Notes under the pieces: model-generated
The model's database searches: none
Told to the model about the DNA's origin: nothing
Seen by the model: only the letters and a program-made list of their open reading frames with translations
Source of the DNA: Parcubacteria group bacterium Gr01-1014_31
GTDB taxonomy: Bacteria > Patescibacteriota > Patescibacteriia > Buchananbacterales > GWA2-38-13
DNA: 64,000 nt
Reading direction: 5' to 3'
NCBI GenBank assembly: GCA_007376135.1
Contig: VMFR01000004.1
Coordinates: forward strand, 21,745 to 85,744
Part shown: positions 1 to 10,386 of the stretch, piece after piece
Position numbering within the stretch: the first letter of the stretch is position 1
Layout: each line of letters opens with the position of its first letter
Made by a program: the position numbers and the translations under genes

Positions 1-2929
1 CTTTCTTGCCGTTATTCAGTACGGCATTGCGATAGATGAAGTCAATGCTATTCCCCCGCAACTCGATACCCCCGGCGAAATTGTTCGCGATCGTATTGTT
101 ATACTCGCCGGGCAGCAGCCCGATGGGCCACACCGGGATGTCAAAAAGAGCATAACCATAGCACGGTGAGGTCGGGAATATATCTTCGCACAATGACGAA
201 GCACCAGCACTGTACCCGTAATAGCTGCCCCAGGGAGTATCCGAACCCTGCGTGCCGTATACTCCGCGCCCGTTCACGCTCCCGGAAAACGTATTCAGCC
301 ACAGATAGTTGCTGCGCGAGGATACGTTCCGACCGCCCGTGGATGGGACAAGCACGAGATTATCTCCCCGGCTGTCCGTCACCGTATTCGCGTAGTGCTG
401 CCCGTACTGCGCGCCGTAGAGCAGCAGCCCGATGGCGTCGTTTGCGCCTCCCGTCCCGGTATCGTCGATGGTGTTGTGGTGGGTGATGACCTTGTCCATA
501 TCGTAGACCAGGAGTCCGCCGTTGGCGTTGGCAGAAAAGAGCGCGTTCCACACCAGCAGCCGTTCGGCAACCAGCCCGCGGGATTGCGCCCGCAACCCTT
601 CATCGTTGTTGCTCAGTTGCGACTGCAGGCAGCCTGGACCGGCGCAGCCGATGGTCGTGCTGCTGGTATCGAACAGGAGTACGCCGTACCCGTTGCCGTT
701 GAATTGGCTATTGGCAACCGCGATGTTGTAACTGTTGAGCGCGTACAGCCCGACCTGCGCGCCGCTGACCGCGACGTTCGTGACCTTCTGCGACGAAGCA
801 ACGGTCGTGTCGCACTTCCCGCTGCCCAGGCTCATGCCGACGCACGCCAATTTCAGCGGGTCGCCGTTGGCAAACGCCGCACCGCCGCCGGACAGTCCGC
901 CGAAGTTCCGCACCTCGATGTTCTTCGCGCCCACGATGGTCAGATGCCCGACATTGGCCAGGTACGGGTCAGTCGCGCCGTCGAACACTAAACCATCAAT
1001 GGTCGGGCCGAAGTAGTAGAGCACCTGTTTGCCGCTGACGCCCAGCCAGTTGAACGGCACGGGAGCACCGCCCCCGGGACGATAGGCGGGATTCGCGAAC
1101 ACGTGCCGGTAGTCGTTCAGCCGTAGGCCCGCGGGATAATTGGAGTCAATATCGGGAACGCCGTCCCCGTCCACCCCTTTTTCGCAGTACACTTTGTCAT
1201 TATCATTGTCCGGAAAACAGTCTTGCAGGTGGTCGGACAGGACGTTGTAGTACTGGCCGTAGCGGCCGTTGCGGATGGTCCAGACATTGTTCCAGCGCAG
1301 AAGGAAATCCTCGGTGTTCTCGAGTTTGATACCCGAGCCGAATCCCTCCAGCTCGCAGCCGACAACGGTTCCACGCCGGCGCGTTTGGTAGGTCAGGTCG
1401 ACAAGCCGCGTAGAGGTGGCGTGGATGCCGACCGTGGTGGTGGCGAAGAGATCCGGCACCGCGGGGTTCAGCCGCAGCTTACCGCCGAAATCGGACTGGG
1501 CCTCCCAGTCGCAATCCAAAATGATATTGTCGGCGGCAAAACCAATGGCATCGCGCGTGGCATCCCCCGGCGGATCGGGCGGATCGAACGTATAGAGGGT
1601 ATTGGGGGCCAAACAGGTATTTTCCTGGAGAATGCGCGAGGAGGTCCATGTCCCGCCCGCCAAGCATGCCTTGCGGTAATTTTCAGCATTATAAAAATCG
1701 GTCCGCGGCAATCCGTAGCAGTCAGGGTCGACGGATGGCGTGAAGCAGTCGTAATCGCAGAGATTGTTGCTCGCGGTATTGCAGCTCCCCGGGGTTCCGG
1801 TATCCTGCGGTTCGACGCTCGTGAAAATATTGTACTTTGTGACATCGTTGCCCGGCGGCTGAAAATTGATGTCGTGCCCAACGCCGCTCAGGGACTCCAG
1901 GCGGATACCGACCCCACGGCCCGAAAATACGTTGTTGTAGACGTCGATGTAGTCCATCCGGGGCGTCAAAGCCCCGCCATTGTCGAAATACAGGTCGTTG
2001 AGCGCGCAGTCGGTGCTCATCGGCACGGTCTTGGTCGCGCAATCGATGTAGTTGGAGTGGATGGGCAGCCGGGCGGCGACCTGGCCCAGCGGCGTAGTCA
2101 AGTAGATGCCGGCCTCATTGGTGTAACTGTCGGCCGCCGTCTCGTAGACGGTGATGCGGTTACCCGAGATCTCGCTGTCGGGCATGCGCAGGTTCGCAAG
2201 GGAGATGCCCTGCTGGCCCACCTCCAGGATATCGTTCTCCAAAATTTTGATACCGGTCCCATTGCCGGAACCAAAACTCCCGCGGATACCGATTTCCGTG
2301 GTCGCCAATACGCTGCCGGTCCAGCGGCTGCGAATGGTGTTATTCTGGAGCGTCCAGTCGACCGTGCTCTGAAAGGTGATGCCCTGGCCGAATCCTTCAA
2401 TGACGCAATTTTTGATAGTGACGTTCCGCTTGCAGGCATCCTGGCCGCCGCTGGCACAGGGCTGCGAGCAGGTATCATACTGCCGCGCCTCCGCAAAACA
2501 GGCGGTACACGCCCAGCCCCCCCGGAAGTAATCCCAACGCGCGTCAATGCCAACGCCCGGGATGTTACCGATGTTATTGCGATTTGTGAACAGCCGATGC
2601 CCCTGGCAATCAATGGTGATGGGCGTTGCGTCATCGGTCGCGGCGATGCGCAAACCATAATAGTAATTATCCGACTGCACGTTGCAGTGGCCCGCGCCGG
2701 CGTAGTAATCAGACTCATACCCATCGCACGGCCCCAGGTCGCTGGCGAGCGTAACGTTGCCCACCACATAGCTGCCGCAGGCGCACTGCCCCTGCCCGCC
2801 ACCGCACTCATCGTAGAGGTACTCCTGGGCACCGACCGCGCGGGGCAGCAGGAACATCGCGCCGGCAGCAACCACTGCCGCCGCCCAAAAACGAACCAAA
2901 CTCGCTTGTTCCGGACTACCGTGCCTCAT
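1..2929 (-). CDS. Secreted right-handed parallel beta-helix repeat protein (pectate-lyase-fold-like). The 3' end is truncated by the window edge.
   Basis: Hand translation of the minus strand from the ATG at 2927-2929 gives MRHGSPEQASLVRFWAAAVVAAGAMFLLPRAVGAQE (signal peptide). The frame then stays open to position 1, with recurring N-x-I/V, G-x-G and T/S-rich beta-helix-like repeats. It is absent from the ORF track only because it has no stop inside the window. The long plus-strand ORF 1223..3007 is its antisense shadow. Confidence 0.6.
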   Translation of the reverse strand, partial: MRHGSPEQASLVRFWAAAVVAAGAMFLLPRAVGAQEYLYDECGGGQGQCACGSYVVGNVTLASDLGPCDGYESDYYAGAGHCNVQSDNYYYGLRIAATDDATPITIDCQGHRLFTNRNNIGNIPGVGIDARWDYFRGGWACTACFAEARQYDTCSQPCASGGQDACKRNVTIKNCVIEGFGQGITFQSTVDWTLQNNTIRSRWTGSVLATTEIGIRGSFGSGNGTGIKILENDILEVGQQGISLANLRMPDSEISGNRITVYETAADSYTNEAGIYLTTPLGQVAARLPIHSNYIDCATKTVPMSTDCALNDLYFDNGGALTPRMDYIDVYNNVFSGRGVGIRLESLSGVGHDINFQPPGNDVTKYNIFTSVEPQDTGTPGSCNTASNNLCDYDCFTPSVDPDCYGLPRTDFYNAENYRKACLAGGTWTSSRILQENTCLAPNTLYTFDPPDPPGDATRDAIGFAADNIILDCDWEAQSDFGGKLRLNPAVPDLFATTTVGIHATSTRLVDLTYQTRRRGTVVGCELEGFGSGIKLENTEDFLLRWNNVWTIRNGRYGQYYNVLSDHLQDCFPDNDNDKVYCEKGVDGDGVPDIDSNYPAGLRLNDYRHVFANPAYRPGGGAPVPFNWLGVSGKQVLYYFGPTIDGLVFDGATDPYLANVGHLTIVGAKNIEVRNFGGLSGGGAAFANGDPLKLACVGMSLGSGKCDTTVASSQKVTNVAVSGAQVGLYALNSYNIAVANSQFNGNGYGVLLFDTSSTTIGCAGPGCLQSQLSNNDEGLRAQSRGLVAERLLVWNALFSANANGGLLVYDMDKVITHHNTIDDTGTGGANDAIGLLLYGAQYGQHYANTVTDSRGDNLVLVPSTGGRNVSSRSNYLWLNTFSGSVNGRGVYGTQGSDTPWGSYYGYSAGASSLCEDIFPTSPCYGYALFDIPVWPIGLLPGEYNNTIANNFAGGIELRGNSIDFIYRNAVLNNGKK

Positions 2930-2973
2930 CGCTGGAGTGAAATACCAAACGGCGTTATACTGAAAATGACAGT

Positions 2974-3477
2974 ATGGGAAAAAATCGCGCTCCGCTCGTC
3001 GGCCTGATCGTTGCCCTAGGACTCGTCCTCTTTGGGCTGTTCATGGGCGCGCGCTGGCTGACCACGTCACGCCGTACACCCGTCCCGCCGGTAACCGTCT
3101 GGGGCCGGTTCCTCGAATATACCCCGAGCTCGCTGACGGTAACCATTGACCAAGCCCCCGTGGCGCCGACCGGACAGGATACCCTGCCGCCGGTGGGCAC
3201 GGAACGGCGCACGGTCTTCCCACTCACGCCGCAAACGACCCTGGTGGCGGAATACTTCATGGGCGACGGTGAACGGGCAACCCTCATCCTGTCAGAGCCG
3301 CTGAACTTCATGAATCTCCTTCCCGGCACCGCGCTCCAGATCGAAGCCATCCCGCTCGGCAATGGGAAGTGGCGCACGCTGTCGGTCAGACGCCGCCAGT
3401 CCATTTCTCGGCCAAACGCAGACGACCCCGCTACCGCCGGCGATACGAACATCCCGCCGCCCATCAGCCCCCCGTAA
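2974..3477 (+). CDS. Hypothetical membrane-anchored protein (N-terminal TM helix, Pro/Thr-rich)
   Basis: ATG at 2974, high GC3, N-terminal hydrophobic segment LVGLIVALGLVLFGLFMG. Divergent from the beta-helix gene. No recognisable family. Confidence 0.45.
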   Translation: MGKNRAPLVGLIVALGLVLFGLFMGARWLTTSRRTPVPPVTVWGRFLEYTPSSLTVTIDQAPVAPTGQDTLPPVGTERRTVFPLTPQTTLVAEYFMGDGERATLILSEPLNFMNLLPGTALQIEAIPLGNGKWRTLSVRRRQSISRPNADDPATAGDTNIPPPISPP

Positions 3478-3504
3478 CGGGCATGCCGGCAGCGGGAAAA
3501 TATT

Positions 3505-3534
3505 TTGACAATGGAGGGCATTTTATTTTATAAT
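3505..3534 (+). promoter_or_regulatory. Sigma70-type promoter: TTGACA (3505-3510), 18-bp spacer, TATAAT (3529-3534)
   Basis: Exact consensus -35 and -10 hexamers lie ~65 bp upstream of the lemA ATG at 3601. Confidence 0.6.
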
Positions 3535-3600
3535 GCAGTGGTGGGGACCACTATTTTTTGTCCCTCAAGTCTAATTATTATACCATAAACGCACGAACGT

Positions 3601-4158
3601 ATGAACTTCAACGTGCTCTACGTCGTCCTCGGGGTCGTCCTGGTCGTCGCCGTGTGGCTGATCGCCGTCTACAACGGCCTTATCCGCCTGAAAAACCGGG
3701 TCCAGGAGGCCTGGTCGGACATCGAAGTCCAGCTCAAACGCCGCTACGACCTTATCCCCAACCTGATCGAGACGGTCAAAGGCTACGCCACCCATGAACG
3801 CGAGCTGCTGGAGAAGGTGACCGCGGCCCGCACCGCGGCGATGACCTCAGGGTCCCTGGCGGAAAAAGCGCAGGCCGAGAACATGCTGTCACAGACCTTG
3901 AAATCCTTATTCGCCGTCGCCGAGAATTACCCGTCTCTGCGCGCTTCGGAGAATTTCGCCAAGCTGCAGGATGAACTTTCCGACACCGAGAACAAGATCC
4001 AGGCCGCGCGCCGTTTCTACAACAGCCAGGTGCGCGACTTCAACACCAAGATCCAGGTCTTCCCCAACAATTTGATGGCGTCCAGCCTCGGCTTCAAGTC
4101 CCAGGAATTCTTCGATGCGGAAGCGGAGGCCGAGCAGCCGGTCAAAGTGAAGTTTTAA
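3601..4158 (+). CDS. lemA: LemA family protein
   Basis: 185 aa with N-terminal TM followed by a conserved LemA core: NGLIRLKNRVQEAWSDIEVQLKRRYDLIPNLIETVKGYATHERELLEKVTAAR. Confidence 0.9.
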   Translation: MNFNVLYVVLGVVLVVAVWLIAVYNGLIRLKNRVQEAWSDIEVQLKRRYDLIPNLIETVKGYATHERELLEKVTAARTAAMTSGSLAEKAQAENMLSQTLKSLFAVAENYPSLRASENFAKLQDELSDTENKIQAARRFYNSQVRDFNTKIQVFPNNLMASSLGFKSQEFFDAEAEAEQPVKVKF

Positions 4159-4169
4159 ACAATTTACAT

Positions 4170-4253
4170 TTGACGATTAACCTTTGACCGTTGACCTTTA
4201 ACGCGGTCGTCACCCAAGGTCAAATGGTAAATGTCAAAGGTTAAGTGTCGCGC
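4170..4253 (+). promoter_or_regulatory. Heptad-periodic repeat array: five TTGACNN units, a 14-bp spacer, then five GTCAANN units ending 5 bp before the htpX ATG
   Basis: TTGACGA TTAACCT TTGACCG TTGACCT TTAACGC / GTCAAAT GGTAAAT GTCAAAG GTTAAGT GTCGCGC. The same architecture recurs upstream of clpC and of the ligase-like gene. Confidence 0.5.
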
Positions 4254-4258
4254 CACGC

Positions 4259-5146
4259 ATGTATTCCCAGATCACGGCCAATAAGCGCAAAACCTGGCTG
4301 CTGATCGCGATCTTCACCGTCGTTATCCTGGCGGCCGGGTATGCGTTCGGCGAATACGCCGGCATCGGCTACGGCGGGCTGGCGTTTGCCGCCATCGTTT
4401 CCCTGACGATGACGCTCTTCTCGTATTTCGCCGGGGATAAGGTGGCGCTGGCAACCGCAGGGGCCAAGTTGGTCGACCAACAACAAAATCCCTACCTCTG
4501 CCGGATGGTGGAAAATCTGGCCATCACCGCCGGACTCCCCATGCCCCGAGTCTACGTCATCAACGACGGAGCGATCAACGCGTTTGCGACCGGCCGCGAC
4601 CCGCACCACGCGTCGGTCGCGGTCACCACCGGCGCAATGGAAAAATTGGAGAACGAAGAATTGGAAGGAGTGCTGGCCCACGAGTTGTCCCACATCGGCA
4701 ACTACGACATCCGGCTTATGACGATGGTTATCGTGCTCGTCGGCCTCGCCACCCTGCTGTCCGATCTGTTCTTCCGCGCCCGCTGGTTTCACGGCAGCCG
4801 CGGACGCTCCGACAGCCGCGGCGGCAGCGGCATCATCCTGGTCATCGGTATGATCGCACTCATCCTGGCGCCCATCCTCGGCAAACTCATCCAGCTGGCG
4901 GTGTCTCGCAAACGAGAATTCTTAGCGGATGCGAGCGGGGCCCTGCTCACCCGCTACCCCGAGGGGCTGGCGCGAGCGCTGGAAAAGATCGGTGCCGTAA
5001 ACGTTGCGCCGATGCGCGGCGCGCACGAAGCGACTGCGCACCTCTACATCAGCTCACCGTTCGGTGCGGGAAATCGGGTAGCGAAACTCTTCTCCACCCA
5101 CCCGCCGCTCCAAGAACGTATCAAAGTGCTGCGCCAAATGGCGTAA
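4259..5146 (+). CDS. htpX: Zinc metalloprotease HtpX (peptidase M48)
   Basis: HELSHIGNYD (HExxH) motif, N-terminal TM helices, 295 aa, typical HtpX organisation. Confidence 0.9.
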   Translation: MYSQITANKRKTWLLIAIFTVVILAAGYAFGEYAGIGYGGLAFAAIVSLTMTLFSYFAGDKVALATAGAKLVDQQQNPYLCRMVENLAITAGLPMPRVYVINDGAINAFATGRDPHHASVAVTTGAMEKLENEELEGVLAHELSHIGNYDIRLMTMVIVLVGLATLLSDLFFRARWFHGSRGRSDSRGGSGIILVIGMIALILAPILGKLIQLAVSRKREFLADASGALLTRYPEGLARALEKIGAVNVAPMRGAHEATAHLYISSPFGAGNRVAKLFSTHPPLQERIKVLRQMA

Positions 5147-5157
5147 GACAAACCATT

Positions 5158-5238
5158 GACAATTGACTATCACCCGAAGAACGTCAACGGTGAATGGTCA
5201 ACAGTCAAATGCCAATGGTCAAGGGTCAACGGTGAACA
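5158..5238 (+). promoter_or_regulatory. Heptad-periodic repeat array: two ATTGACN units, then eight consecutive GTCAANN-like units ending 4 bp before the clpC ATG
   Basis: ATTGACA ATTGACT ... GTCAACG GTGAATG GTCAACA GTCAAAT GCCAATG GTCAAGG GTCAACG GTGAACA ccgt ATG. Confidence 0.5.
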
Positions 5239-5242
5239 CCGT

Positions 5243-7717
5243 ATGGACATCCTGGAAAAATTCTCTACCCACGGCCGTGCGGCCCTCCGCCAGGCTTTTT
5301 TGCTCAGCCGTGAGTGCGGGAGCCTGACGGTCGAGCCGGAACACCTGCTGTGCGGTATTGCCTTGCAGCGCGGCTCCATCGGCGCGGAAATGCTGGCGAA
5401 GGCCAACCTGAACATCCAAACCATCCAGCAGGCGCTGCCCACGCAGTCACCCAAAGCCATTTTGCTGCCGCGGCTGTCGGAAACGTCGCGACGCAGTCTG
5501 GAGCGCGCCACGCTGCTGTCCAGCCGCTTCGGACACCGGTACATCGGCACCGAGCACCTGCTCGCGGGGCTCCTGGAGCAATCGGCGGGGCGCCTGGAAC
5601 GACTCCTGGCCGTCCAGGGCGTCTCGCGGGAACAGTTGCGTGACCGGCTGGGCGTAGTGTTCAAAAGCACGACGAAATTCCCTGAACTGGCGGAAGCGCT
5701 GGATATCATGAGTGGAAGCGCCCACGAGGACGAGGGTATGCCCGCGACGACCCGCGTTGCGGCCAAGCCGGGCGCCTCGCCGCTCACCAGCTACGCCATT
5801 GAACTCACCGACGACGTGGTGCAGCGGCGCATTGACCCTCTGATCGGCCGGGAATCCGAGGTGGAACGGCTGGTGCAGATCCTGTGCCGGCGCACGAAGA
5901 ACAACCCCCTGCTTTTGGGCGACCCCGGCGTCGGAAAGACGGCCATTGTTGAAGGCCTGGCAAAAAAGATCGTACAAGGCGACGTCCCCGATCCGCTGCG
6001 GCGCCGTCATATCTGGCAGCTGGATCTGGGACTATTGGTTGCCGGGTCGTCCTACCGCGGTGAGTTCGAGCAACGGCTGAAGCTTTTACTGGCCGAGATC
6101 CGGCATCGTCCTGACGTCATTCTCTTCATTGACGAACTGCATGCGATCGTCGGCGCCGGGTCGGCCAGCGGTTCCATGGATGCGGCTAATCTGATGAAAC
6201 CCGCGCTGGCGCGCGGCGAAGTGCGCTGCATCGGCGCGACGACCCAGGAGGATTACAAACGCCATGTGGAGCATGACGCGGCGCTGGAGCGCCGTTTCCA
6301 GCCCATTCTGGTCCGTCAGCCCGATCAGCGCCAAACGGTGGCGATCCTGCGCGGCCTGCGCCCAAGCTACGAACGCTTCCACGGCGTTGCCATCACCGAT
6401 GACGCCATCAGCGCGGCGGTGCAGCTGGCCGACCGCTATGTGATGGGGAAAGCGCAGCCGGATAAATCCATCGACGTGCTGGATGAAGCCTCGGCGATCC
6501 GCAAGATCGCCAGCGTCAAAACGGGCGGCCGCGATCCGTTGCGGACGGCCGAACAGCAGTTGGATGAACTGCTTGCCGGCAAACAACGCGCGGTGGCAGA
6601 GGAACGATTTGAAGATGCGCTGCAGTTGCGCGACCATGAGGCGCGCCTGCGGACAAAGATGACACGGCTGAAGGAGCGTCGCGCGCAGCTGCCGCCGACG
6701 GCGCTGCCGCGCGTCACCGTTGCCGACGTGCACGCGGTCATCGCGAAAATGACCGGGGTGCAATTGGCCGTGCTGCGCACGGGAGAACGGCAGCAATTAC
6801 GCCGCCTGGAACGGCAGCTGGGAGAACGAATTGCCGGCCAAACCGAGGCGCTCCGCAAGGTCGCCCAAGTCATCCGGCGCGCCAAGACCGGCGTTGCCAG
6901 CGTCCGCCGTCCCCTCGGTTCCTTCCTCTTTCTCGGCCCATCCGGCGTCGGAAAAACCGAATTGGCGCGGGTGCTGGCCGATACCGTCTTTGGGGGTGTG
7001 GATGCGCTGGTGCGGCTGGATATGTCCGAATTCGCCGAACCCTTCACCGTCTCGAGGCTGATCGGAGCGCCCGCCGGGTATGTAGGCTACCGCGACTCAG
7101 CGCAGCTCACCGACCTGGTGCGTAAACGCCCCCACAGCGTCGTGCTATTCGACGAAGTAGAGAAAGCCCATCCGCAGGTGCTCACCCTGCTCTTGCAGAT
7201 CCTCGAAGACGGCATCCTCACCGACGCCACGGGAAAAACCGCCAGCTTCCGCAACGCCGTGGTCATCATGACCGCCAACCTCGGCACCGAGGAATTCCTG
7301 CAGCAAGCCGCCATCGGCTTTGACGACCGCCAGGCGGAGCATGAGGAGCGCTTCGCCGCGGTGCAGCAGGCGGTGCTGGCGACGGTCGCGCAGGAGTTCC
7401 CCCCGGAACTGCTCAACCGCATCGACCAAACGATCATTTTCAATCCTCTTTCACTCCCAACTATCGCGCACATCGCCCACCGCCAGCTGCAGGAGCTGGC
7501 CGCCCGGCTGAAAGAACAGGGCACCCAGCTGCGCTGGGGTCCGGCGGTTTGCCGCGCCATTGCCCAGGCCAGTTTTTCGCCCGACCAGGGCGCACGCGCC
7601 GTTCGGCGCACTATCCAGGACTTGGTAGAGACCCCGGCGGCTGAACGCCTGCTGCGGCAACGACGTCCCCCGCGCTTGACGATCCGCGCGCGCGGCGGCG
7701 TCATTACGCTCTCCTAA
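5243..7717 (+). CDS. clpC: ClpC-type Clp/Hsp100 AAA+ chaperone ATPase (ClpA/B family)
   Basis: Two Clp_N repeats. Two AAA modules with Walker A motifs GDPGVGKTA and [11 protein letters not shown]. Short middle domain containing a UVR-like motif ([18 protein letters not shown]), which argues for ClpC rather than ClpB. The likely start is the internal ATG at 5243, since the ORF-track start at 5156 translates the repeat array. Confidence 0.85.
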   Translation: MDILEKFSTHGRAALRQAFLLSRECGSLTVEPEHLLCGIALQRGSIGAEMLAKANLNIQTIQQALPTQSPKAILLPRLSETSRRSLERATLLSSRFGHRYIGTEHLLAGLLEQSAGRLERLLAVQGVSREQLRDRLGVVFKSTTKFPELAEALDIMSGSAHEDEGMPATTRVAAKPGASPLTSYAIELTDDVVQRRIDPLIGRESEVERLVQILCRRTKNNPLLLGDPGVGKTAIVEGLAKKIVQGDVPDPLRRRHIWQLDLGLLVAGSSYRGEFEQRLKLLLAEIRHRPDVILFIDELHAIVGAGSASGSMDAANLMKPALARGEVRCIGATTQEDYKRHVEHDAALERRFQPILVRQPDQRQTVAILRGLRPSYERFHGVAITDDAISAAVQLADRYVMGKAQPDKSIDVLDEASAIRKIASVKTGGRDPLRTAEQQLDELLAGKQRAVAEERFEDALQLRDHEARLRTKMTRLKERRAQLPPTALPRVTVADVHAVIAKMTGVQLAVLRTGERQQLRRLERQLGERIAGQTEALRKVAQVIRRAKTGVASVRRPLGSFLFLGPSGVGKTELARVLADTVFGGVDALVRLDMSEFAEPFTVSRLIGAPAGYVGYRDSAQLTDLVRKRPHSVVLFDEVEKAHPQVLTLLLQILEDGILTDATGKTASFRNAVVIMTANLGTEEFLQQAAIGFDDRQAEHEERFAAVQQAVLATVAQEFPPELLNRIDQTIIFNPLSLPTIAHIAHRQLQELAARLKEQGTQLRWGPAVCRAIAQASFSPDQGARAVRRTIQDLVETPAAERLLRQRRPPRLTIRARGGVITLS

Positions 7718-7723
7718 AACCCT

Positions 7724-8962
7724 ATGGTCCGCCTCCAACGCGCCCTGCTCATCGTCACTTTTGTCCTGGTCACTATCATGCTCGGGGTGTTACTCTACGC
7801 GGTCTTTTTCGGCGGCGGTTTTTCCGACCTCGGTGGCAACGAACAGGTGGGTGGCAGCGGCAGTGCGATCTACGGCAACCAAGAGGTCCCCATCGGGGGC
7901 GGTGGCCAGCTCCCCGCCGGCCGCCCCTCGCCCAGCCCGAGCGCTTCCCCCGTGCGCCAACCCAGTCCGGCGGCTTCAGTGGCGAGCGGCGGCACGACCG
8001 TTACCCAGCGGGTAGTCGACGTCGACGCCCAGCAGCTGACCTTGGATCGCGACGGGGTCAGCGTCCTGTACTACAACCCAACGGATGGACGCTTCTACCG
8101 GTTGACGTCCCGCGGCACCGTCGAAACGCTGGATGACCGGGTGTTCCATAACGTCGAGCGTATCACCTGGTCGGATGACCGCCAGCGGGCGGTGCTGGAA
8201 TACCCGGATGGTGCGAATATCGTGTATGATTTTTCAACGGATCGACAAACCACGCTGCCCAAACACTGGGAAGCCTTTGATTTCGCCCCGGACGGCGAAC
8301 AATTGATCGCCAAGAGCATCGGCTTGGATACCGAGAACCGCTGGCTGGTCGTGACGGATGCGAGCGGCAGCCGGACGCGGCCCATTGTCGCGCTCGGCGA
8401 GAACGCCGACACCGTCATTCCTTCATGGTCGCCCAATGGACAGATGGTTGCCATGCAGGTCGAAACCAGCGGCGAGCAGCGGCAGGAAGTATTTTTTATC
8501 GGCCAGAACGACGAGCGCTTCCCTTCGGCACAGGTGCCGGGCTGGGGATTTGAGGCGGAGTGGACCCCCAGCGGGAACCAGCTCCTTTACTCAGTCTACA
8601 GCAGCCGTTCCGGCAACCGGCCGGAATTATGGCTCTCCGATGCCACACCCTCGAGCGTCGGTACCAACCGCCTGTCGGTGGGATTACAGACCTGGGCCCA
8701 CAAATGCACGTTCAGTAGCCCCTCCGTTGCCTACTGTGCGGTCCCCAGCGAACTCCCGAGCGGCGCGGGCCTGTTCCCGAATGAAATGGATGCCGGTGTG
8801 GACAGCGTCTACCGGGTTGACCTGGCCAGCGGGGCAACTTCGCTCGTCGGTACGCCGGATCAGCCGCACACGATGGGAAATCTCCTGGTCTCCAGCGACG
8901 GACGTTCCCTCTACTACACCGCCAAACAAGACGGCAGCGTTTATCGGCTCCAGCTGAAGTAG
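7724..8962 (+). CDS. Membrane-anchored TolB-like / WD40-like beta-propeller (PD40 repeat) protein
   Basis: N-terminal TM followed by a Gly/Pro/Ser linker. Repeated WSPNGQ / WTPSGNQLLY / SSDGRSLYY motifs are typical of PD40 beta-propeller blades. Confidence 0.55.
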   Translation: MVRLQRALLIVTFVLVTIMLGVLLYAVFFGGGFSDLGGNEQVGGSGSAIYGNQEVPIGGGGQLPAGRPSPSPSASPVRQPSPAASVASGGTTVTQRVVDVDAQQLTLDRDGVSVLYYNPTDGRFYRLTSRGTVETLDDRVFHNVERITWSDDRQRAVLEYPDGANIVYDFSTDRQTTLPKHWEAFDFAPDGEQLIAKSIGLDTENRWLVVTDASGSRTRPIVALGENADTVIPSWSPNGQMVAMQVETSGEQRQEVFFIGQNDERFPSAQVPGWGFEAEWTPSGNQLLYSVYSSRSGNRPELWLSDATPSSVGTNRLSVGLQTWAHKCTFSSPSVAYCAVPSELPSGAGLFPNEMDAGVDSVYRVDLASGATSLVGTPDQPHTMGNLLVSSDGRSLYYTAKQDGSVYRLQLK

Positions 8963-9024
8963 CAACCCGCGCCGACGCAACACCCCGGATTCCAGATTCT
9001 CGTTGCGGGAAATGGAATTTTTTT

Positions 9025-10377
9025 ATGCCCAAAGCCAAAGCCGTGTACGTGTGCGCAAAATGTGACGCCCAGTTCCCGAAGTGGGTCGGGCGCTGCGCGG
9101 AGTGCGGCAACTGGGGTACCGTTGCGACCGCGCCCGTCGCGGTCAGCACACCCACAGCTCCCCGTTCGCCGGCCGGTCAGGTCATCAGTTTCGCCGACGT
9201 CCTCGGTGACAATGTCCAGCGGCTGCCCAGCGGTATGGATGAATTCGACCGGGTCGTGGGCGGCGGCTTGACCCAGGGGTCCGTGACCCTGCTCACCGGA
9301 GAACCCGGCATCGGGAAATCGACGCTGGTGCTCCAGGTGGCTGACCGCATTGCCCGGCACACCGGCAAAACGGTACTCTACGTATCCGGCGAAGAGTCCG
9401 CAGGGCAGATCAAGGATCGCATCACCCGCCTCGGCGTGACGGCGGCTGGCATCTCCTACCTCGGCGCGACGTCCGCGGAGACCATTACGGCCACGATCAC
9501 GGCGCTTCGTCCGCCGCTGGCAATCGTTGATTCCGTCCAGACCATCCGCGCCGACCGGAGCGCCAGCGAACCCGGAAGTGTCGGCCAGATCCGCGCGGCG
9601 ACCGCGGTGCTCATGGAGGCGGCAAAAATTTCGGCGACCGCGGTGCTGCTGATCGGCCATATTACCAAGAGCGGCGACGTGGCCGGGCCAAAAACACTCG
9701 AGCACCTCGTGGATACGGTCATCGGCCTTGAGAGCGATGGTACCCAGCACTACCGACTGCTCCGGACGGTCAAGAACCGCTTTGGCGCTACCAGCGAACT
9801 GGGCGTATTCGAAATGAAAGGCGGCGGCCTGCAGGAGGTCGCGAACCCCTCGGCGATGTTCTTGGCCGGACGGGTGACCCAGCAGCCGGGCGCCGTCGTC
9901 GCCCCGGTCGTGATCGGCACCCGCGTATTTTTGGCCGAGATCCAGGCGCTCGTGTCCTGGACGCGGTTCGGCTACCCGCAGCGCAAGGCGGTGGGTTACG
10001 ACTATAACCGGCTCAATCTCATCGCCACAGTGCTGGACCAGCGGGCCGGCGTCCGGCTCGCGAAAAGTGATATCCACGTGAAGATCGCCGGGGGCCTGCG
10101 GGTCAATGATCCGGCCGCCGACCTGGCAGTCGCGCTCGCCATCATCTCCGCGCAGCGCAAACGGGCGGTCGACCCCCACACCGCCGCGTGCGGCGAACTG
10201 GGATTAAGCGGCGAGATCCGGCCGATCGCGCGCTTAGACGCACGGCTGCAAGAATCCACCAAACTTGGCTTCACATCCGTGCTCTGCCCCCGTTCCGGGG
10301 ATTCCGCCCAGTTGCCGCCCGCGGCGCTCCCGATCGACAGCGTCCAAACCGCGGTGCGCGAGTTGTGGGGTAGCTAG
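9025..10377 (+). CDS. radA: DNA repair protein RadA/Sms
   Basis: N-terminal C4 zinc finger (CAKCDAQF...CAECGNW), Walker A GEPGIGKSTL, RadA-specific KNRFG motif, Lon-like C-terminal domain. Confidence 0.9.
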   Translation: MPKAKAVYVCAKCDAQFPKWVGRCAECGNWGTVATAPVAVSTPTAPRSPAGQVISFADVLGDNVQRLPSGMDEFDRVVGGGLTQGSVTLLTGEPGIGKSTLVLQVADRIARHTGKTVLYVSGEESAGQIKDRITRLGVTAAGISYLGATSAETITATITALRPPLAIVDSVQTIRADRSASEPGSVGQIRAATAVLMEAAKISATAVLLIGHITKSGDVAGPKTLEHLVDTVIGLESDGTQHYRLLRTVKNRFGATSELGVFEMKGGGLQEVANPSAMFLAGRVTQQPGAVVAPVVIGTRVFLAEIQALVSWTRFGYPQRKAVGYDYNRLNLIATVLDQRAGVRLAKSDIHVKIAGGLRVNDPAADLAVALAIISAQRKRAVDPHTAACGELGLSGEIRPIARLDARLQESTKLGFTSVLCPRSGDSAQLPPAALPIDSVQTAVRELWGS

Positions 10378-10386
10378 TCCCGTTGC

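Noticed and set aside
1223-3007. 594-aa plus-strand ORF (and 395..991 +) covering the first 3 kb
   Set aside because: Its amino-acid composition (V/D/G/R/A-rich) is typical of the antisense frame of a high-GC gene. The minus-strand frame starting at 2929 is open across the whole region and encodes a signal peptide plus beta-helix repeats. The real gene is on the minus strand and is missing from the ORF track only because it runs off the window.
4170-5238. Calling the heptad arrays bona fide CtsR operators
   Set aside because: CtsR boxes are GGTCAAA heptads spaced with a 10-bp period (heptad-N3-heptad). Here the period is strictly 7 bp, the arrays are 5-8 units long and appear in both orientations. 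The resemblance is noted only as a lead; no ctsR gene is visible in the window.
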